DNA of 64,000 nucleotides from an uncultured Chloroflexia bacterium (lineage in GTDB: Bacteria > Chloroflexota > Limnocylindria > Limnocylindrales > CSP1-4), in NCBI GenBank assembly GCA_963813535.1, contig CAWEZH010000002.1:320001-384000 (forward strand), in the 5' to 3' direction. Shown here one piece after another: positions 59,041 to 64,000 of the stretch. The notes under the pieces are model-generated. The model did not search any database. It worked only from the letters and a program-made list of their open reading frames with translations, and was not told where the DNA came from. How positions within the stretch are numbered: position 1 is the first letter of the stretch; every line of letters begins with the position of its first letter. Position numbers and translations under genes: made by a program.

Positions 59041-59792
59041 TGCCGACCCGCGTCGGCGTCGTCGTCTTCCCGGGCAGCAACTGCGACCGCGACACGCTCC
59101 ACGCCCTCGATCTGGTCGACGCCGAGCCGGTCGCGCTGTGGCATGAGCAGGCGTCACTCGACGGTGTCGCGGCGGTCATCCTGCCCGGCGGCTTCGCCTA
59201 CGGCGACTATCTGCGCGCGGGTGTCATCGCCCGGTTCAGCCCGGTGATGCGGGCGGTCGAGGCGTTCGCGGCCGACGGCGGGCTCGTCCTCGGTATCTGC
59301 AACGGGTTCCAGGTGCTCGCCGAAGCCGGGCTGGTGCCGGGTGCGCTCCTGCGCAACCGCGGGCTGCGTTTCCTTGGCCGCGATGTCGAGATCGCCGCCA
59401 CGCGGCTCGACACGCCGTTCACGCACGCGCTCGCCCCCGCCGGACAGCCGCTGCGCATGCCGATCGCCCACGGCGAGGGGTGCTACTACGCGGATGACGC
59501 GACGCTTGACGCGCTCGAGGCCGAGGGGCAGGTCCTGTTCCGGTACGTCGGCGCCGACGGTCGCCCGGCCGCCGAGGACGATCACGTCGCGAACCCGAAC
59601 GGCAGCCTGCGGGCGATCGCCGGGGTCCTCAACGCGGCCGGCAACGTCTGTGGGTTGATGCCGCACCCGGAGCGTGCCTCAGAAGGGATCCTTGGCTCCG
59701 ACGCCGGATTGCCCATCATCAGCTCGCTGGTCGACAGTGCCGCGCGTGCCTCGACCGGCGGGCGACCGCTCGAGCTGGCCGGCACGCGATGA
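59040..59792 (+). CDS. purQ: FGAM synthase glutaminase subunit
   Basis: [30 protein letters not shown]. Confidence 0.96.
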   Translation: MPTRVGVVVFPGSNCDRDTLHALDLVDAEPVALWHEQASLDGVAAVILPGGFAYGDYLRAGVIARFSPVMRAVEAFAADGGLVLGICNGFQVLAEAGLVPGALLRNRGLRFLGRDVEIAATRLDTPFTHALAPAGQPLRMPIAHGEGCYYADDATLDALEAEGQVLFRYVGADGRPAAEDDHVANPNGSLRAIAGVLNAAGNVCGLMPHPERASEGILGSDAGLPIISSLVDSAARASTGGRPLELAGTR

Positions 59793-62095
59793 CCGTCACC
59801 GAGGCGCGGCCGGAGGTGGCGGACATGGAGCCGCTCCACCGTCGTCTCGGACTGACCGACGAGGAGCTCGGGGCGATCCGTGACCGCCTCGACGGCCGTG
59901 CGCCGAACGACCTCGAGCTGGCGATGTTCAGCGTGATGTGGAGCGAACATTGCTCGTACAAGAGCTCGAGGCCGCTGTTGCGGACCCTCCCGACGGGCGG
60001 CGAGGGCGTCGTCGCCGGTCCGGGCGAGAACGCTGGAGTCATCGCGATCGGCGACGGTCTGGCCGTCGCGTTCAAGATCGAATCGCACAACCATCCATCG
60101 GCGGTCGAGCCGTATCAGGGCGCCGCGACGGGGGTCGGCGGGATCCTGCGCGACATCTTCACGATGGGCGCCCGGCCGATCGCCGTCCTCGATGCGTTGC
60201 GTTTCGGCGAGCCATCCGACCCCCGGACACGCCATCTCGTCGACGGCGTCGTGCGCGGCGTCGGTGGCTACGGCAACTGCGTGGGCGTCCCGACGGTCGG
60301 CGGTGAGCTGGTCTTCGACCCGACGTATCAGGGCAACCCGCTGGTCAACGTGATGGCCATCGGACTCCTCGAGGAACGACGCCTGACGCTTGCCGCCGCA
60401 CCGGGTCCGGGCAACCTCGTGGTGCTGTTCGGGTCGACCACGGGGCGGGACGGCATCGGCGGCGCGAGCGTGCTCGCCAGCGCGACCTTCACCGATCAAG
60501 ACCCCTCGAAGCGGCCGTCGGTCCAGGTCGGTGACCCGTTCGCCGAGAAGCTGCTCATCGAGGCGTCGCTCGAGCTCATCGAACGGGGGCTCGTCGAGGG
60601 GCTCCAGGATCTCGGCGCCGGGGGCATCACCTGCGCCACATCCGAGACGGCCGATCGGGCCGGGACAGGCATCTCCCTGGACCTCGACGCGATCCCGCGG
60701 CGAGAGCCGGACATGGAGCCCTTCGAGGTGATGATCTCCGAGTCGCAGGAGCGGATGTGCGCGATCGTCCTGCCTGAGCGCTGGGAGGAGGTCCGCGAGG
60801 TCGCGCAGCGCTGGGGCCTGCCGGTCGCCGTGATCGGTCGGGTGATGGATGACGCGGATATCACGATCACCCGCGATGGGGTGGAGCTGGCCCGAGTCCC
60901 CGCACGGGCACTCACGAGCGACGCCATCATCCACGACCGGGTCGCCCGCGCCCCCGAGCACCGCCGGGCGGCACCGGCACCCGGGGCACCCCTGGGCCCG
61001 AGCGACCGGCTGCCGGAGCGCGGGATGGACCCTGGCGCCGTATTGCTGGCGCTCCTCGGCTCCCCGAACCTCGCATCGCGACGGGCCGTGTTCGAGCAAT
61101 ACGACTCGACCGTCGGCGCCGACACGGTCGTCGGACCCGGTCACGGCGCGGCGGTCCTGCGCATCAAGGGCACTACGCGCGCGCTCGTGGCGACGACCGA
61201 CGGCAACCAGGCCGTCGGCGCCGTGGACCCCTACCTGGGCGCCGCGATGAGCGTGTCCGAGGCGACCCGCAACGTCAGCGTGACCGGCGCGCGCCCGCTC
61301 GGCGTGACCAACTGCCTCAACTACGGCGACCCGACCCGCCCGGAGGCCTTCTGGCAGCTCACCGAGGGGGTACGCGGTCTCGGTGATGCGTGTCGTGCCC
61401 TCGGCCTGCCGGTCACCGGCGGCAACGTCTCGCTCTACAACGAGTCGCCGGCCGGCTCGATCGCACCGACGCCCGAGATCGGCGTCGTCGGACTCCTCGA
61501 CGACGTCGCGCTCCTGGTCGGTCCCGCGTTCGTCTCCGCGGGCGACACGATCCTGCTCGTCGGCGAGGCGACGTCCGGGCTGATCGGGTCGGCCTACGCG
61601 GCGCTGGCCGGCACGACCGTGGAAGACGGGGTGCCATCGCTCGATCTCGCACGGGAGGCCGCCGCCCAGGCGTTCATCCGCGAGGCCATCGAGCGAGAGC
61701 TCGTTGCGAGTGCCCAGGACGTGTCCGACGGCGGGCTGGCGGTCGCCCTGGCCGAATGCTCGATGTGGGGGTCGCTCGGCGCCCGCGTCCGGGTGCCGAC
61801 CGCGATGTCACCGGCCGTCGAACTGTTCGGCGAAAGTCCATCACGGATCGTGGTCACCGCCACGCCCCGGTTCGTGCCGGCCTTGACGTTGCTTGCCCGT
61901 CAGCATGGTCTGCCGATCGAGACGCTGGGCACGGTCGGCGGTGACCGCTTGCAGATCCAGCTGGTCGGGGCCGGCGCGACCGGGGCGTCGGAGGAGCGTG
62001 GGAGCACCATCGCCGACGTGCTCGACGTGCCCCTCACCGTGCTCCGCCATACCTGGGACCACGGTCTGACTCGCGCCCTCGGCTGGGAGGACTGA
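59789..62095 (+). CDS. purL: FGAM synthase subunit PurL
   Basis: [30 protein letters not shown]. Confidence 0.96.
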   Translation: MTVTEARPEVADMEPLHRRLGLTDEELGAIRDRLDGRAPNDLELAMFSVMWSEHCSYKSSRPLLRTLPTGGEGVVAGPGENAGVIAIGDGLAVAFKIESHNHPSAVEPYQGAATGVGGILRDIFTMGARPIAVLDALRFGEPSDPRTRHLVDGVVRGVGGYGNCVGVPTVGGELVFDPTYQGNPLVNVMAIGLLEERRLTLAAAPGPGNLVVLFGSTTGRDGIGGASVLASATFTDQDPSKRPSVQVGDPFAEKLLIEASLELIERGLVEGLQDLGAGGITCATSETADRAGTGISLDLDAIPRREPDMEPFEVMISESQERMCAIVLPERWEEVREVAQRWGLPVAVIGRVMDDADITITRDGVELARVPARALTSDAIIHDRVARAPEHRRAAPAPGAPLGPSDRLPERGMDPGAVLLALLGSPNLASRRAVFEQYDSTVGADTVVGPGHGAAVLRIKGTTRALVATTDGNQAVGAVDPYLGAAMSVSEATRNVSVTGARPLGVTNCLNYGDPTRPEAFWQLTEGVRGLGDACRALGLPVTGGNVSLYNESPAGSIAPTPEIGVVGLLDDVALLVGPAFVSAGDTILLVGEATSGLIGSAYAALAGTTVEDGVPSLDLAREAAAQAFIREAIERELVASAQDVSDGGLAVALAECSMWGSLGARVRVPTAMSPAVELFGESPSRIVVTATPRFVPALTLLARQHGLPIETLGTVGGDRLQIQLVGAGATGASEERGSTIADVLDVPLTVLRHTWDHGLTRALGWED

Positions 62096-62097
62096 CC

Positions 62098-63564
62098 ATG
62101 TGCGGCGTGTTCGGTGCGGTCATCCCGGACGGCGAGCCGACGGAGGCCGCCGCGATGGCGACGCTCGGCATCTTCGCCCTGCAGCATCGCGGCCAGGAGT
62201 CGGCCGGCATCGCCGTCAGCGACGGCGAGCAGCTGATGCTCTACAAGGACCTCGGGATGATCGGCTCGGTGCTCGACGAGCGCCGGTTGCCGAGCCTGCG
62301 AGGCACGCTCGCGATCGCCCATTGCCGCTACTCGACGACGGGCTCGACGGTCTGGGAGAACGCCCAGCCGACCTACCGCCAGGGCCCGCGCCGAGCCATC
62401 GCCATCGGCCACAACGGCAATCTCGTCAACACGCGCGAGCTGCTCGGCCAGCTGGCAGGTGGTCGTGCACGACTCCCGGCGTCGACCGACACGGAACTGC
62501 TGACCGCCCTGCTCGCCGACGAGCCCGCGACCGACACCGTCGAGGCCCTGCGCCAGGTGCTGCCGCGTGTCCGTGGCGCCTACGCGCTGGTAGTCCTCGA
62601 CGATCGCCGCGTGATCGGCGTTCGCGACCCGCACGGCTTCCGGCCGCTCGTCCTGGGCCGGTTGCCGGCCACCGCCCGCAAGCCCGGCGGCCCGAATGAC
62701 GGCGGTCTGTGGAGCGACGACACCGCCGGCTGGTGCCTCTCCTCGGAGACCGCGGCACTCGACATCGTCGGGGCGGAGTACGTTCGCGACGTGGAGCCCG
62801 GCGAGATCGTCGTCCTCGAGCCGGGCCACGAACCGCGCTCCGTGCGCTACGCGGAGCCGGACCCCGCCCTGTGCGTCTTCGAGCTGATCTACTTCGCCCG
62901 ACCCGACTCCTACATGGAAGGGCGGAACCTGTACGAGGTGCGCCGGCGGATGGGCGAGCAGCTGGCGATCGAGCACCCGGTCGATGCGGATCTGGTCATC
63001 CCGGTCCCCGACACCGGAGCCCCGGCGGCCGCCGGCTACGCCGAGGGCAGCGGTCTGCCCTACCGGGAGGGGATGTACCGCAACCGGTATGCCGGTCGGA
63101 CCTTCATCCAGCCGTCGCAGGGCATGCGTCATCGCGGCGTGACCATCAAGCTCAACCCGATGCCCGCGGTCGTCGCCGGCAAGCGGCTGATCGTCGTCGA
63201 CGACTCGATCGTGCGGGGCACGACGACGAAACGCATCGTCGACCTGCTCCGACGCGCCGGGGCCAGCGAGGTACACGTCCGGATCAGCGCACCGCCGATC
63301 TACCACCCGTGCTTCTACGGCATCGACACGTCCGTCGAGACCGAGCTCATCGCCGCCACGCAGTCGGTCGACGAGATCCGCGACTTCATCGGCGCCGACT
63401 CCCTCGGCTACCTGTCGATACGTGGTGTCCTCGCTGCGCTCGACCTGCCGTACGAGCAGTTCTGTTTCGCCTGTTTCGATGGCAACTACCGGGAGCCCGT
63501 CCCGTACGACGTCGAGCGCCGCAAGTTCATCCTCGAGGACGAGCTCACCGCGACCCGTGACTGA
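62098..63564 (+). CDS. purF: Amidophosphoribosyltransferase
   Basis: N-terminal [26 protein letters not shown]. Confidence 0.96.
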   Translation: MCGVFGAVIPDGEPTEAAAMATLGIFALQHRGQESAGIAVSDGEQLMLYKDLGMIGSVLDERRLPSLRGTLAIAHCRYSTTGSTVWENAQPTYRQGPRRAIAIGHNGNLVNTRELLGQLAGGRARLPASTDTELLTALLADEPATDTVEALRQVLPRVRGAYALVVLDDRRVIGVRDPHGFRPLVLGRLPATARKPGGPNDGGLWSDDTAGWCLSSETAALDIVGAEYVRDVEPGEIVVLEPGHEPRSVRYAEPDPALCVFELIYFARPDSYMEGRNLYEVRRRMGEQLAIEHPVDADLVIPVPDTGAPAAAGYAEGSGLPYREGMYRNRYAGRTFIQPSQGMRHRGVTIKLNPMPAVVAGKRLIVVDDSIVRGTTTKRIVDLLRRAGASEVHVRISAPPIYHPCFYGIDTSVETELIAATQSVDEIRDFIGADSLGYLSIRGVLAALDLPYEQFCFACFDGNYREPVPYDVERRKFILEDELTATRD

Positions 63565-64000
63565 GGCATCGGGTCGATCCGGGCGGCGGTCTGCGTACTC
63601 CCACGCCGGCGTCGACGTCGATGCCGGCGAACGCGCGGTCGAGCTCATGCGCGAGCACGTCGAATTCGACCCGTCGACCGGAGGTCGTCGGTGGCCTGGG
63701 CGGGTTCGGCGGCGCGTTCGCGATCCCGGACGGCTATCGCGAGCCCTTGCTCATCGCGTCGACCGACGGCGTCGGCACGAAGACGGCCATCGCCGCCGCG
63801 GTCGGGCGGTTCGACACGATCGGCATCGACCTCGTCGCGATGTGCGCCGACGACGTGGTATGCACCGGCGCCGAGCCGCTCGCCTTCCTCGACTACCTGG
63901 CCGTCGGCCACCTCGATCCGGTCGGCGTCGCCGAGCTCGTCGGGAGTGTCGCCGCGGGCTGCCGCGAGGCCGGGGCGGCGCTGGTCGGTGGTGAGACCGC
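63557..64000 (+). CDS. purM: AIR synthase, 3'-truncated by the window edge and carrying an apparent +1 frameshift at about 63665
   Basis: [10 protein letters not shown] in one frame; [30 protein letters not shown] and GGET in the +1 frame. Confidence 0.88.

Overview
High-GC bacterial chromosomal segment made almost entirely of housekeeping genes. Gene content and protein style suggest Chloroflexota, but this is an inference. In order: a cell-wall/division (dcw) cluster (ftsI, murF, mraY, murD, ftsW, murG, murB, ddl, ftsQ, sbp/DUF1290, ftsA, a YjbQ-family gene, ftsZ, yggS, yggT, DUF167); tRNA-Val(CAC); an MFS transporter; aconitase A; a Rossmann/DUF2520 oxidoreductase; NUDIX plus the glycine cleavage system (gcvT-H-PA-PB); two convergent oligopeptide-type ABC systems; a split glutamine-dependent NAD synthetase plus rsmI; an ECF transporter-cytochrome P450-ribokinase cluster; a Ca2+/H+ antiporter; an atypical SSB; a GGDEF/HD-GYP protein; and a purine operon (purA, D, B, C, S, Q, L, F, M). 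I see no integrase, transposase, prophage or CRISPR array. Most notable observations: (1) the two minus-strand family-5 solute-binding proteins appear circularly permuted and share 8 conserved Cys; (2) an ECF uptake module with an extra 66-aa membrane protein is coupled to a P450 lacking the I-helix Thr and to a ribokinase; (3) a structured, terminator-ended leader RNA precedes purA and matches no riboswitch I recognise; (4) two copies of an ERIC-like palindromic repeat; (5) a YjbQ gene between ftsA and ftsZ has no canonical start codon; (6) two reading-frame lesions, an in-frame TGA in one binding protein and a +1 frameshift in purM. All calls come from motif recognition by eye; no searches were run.
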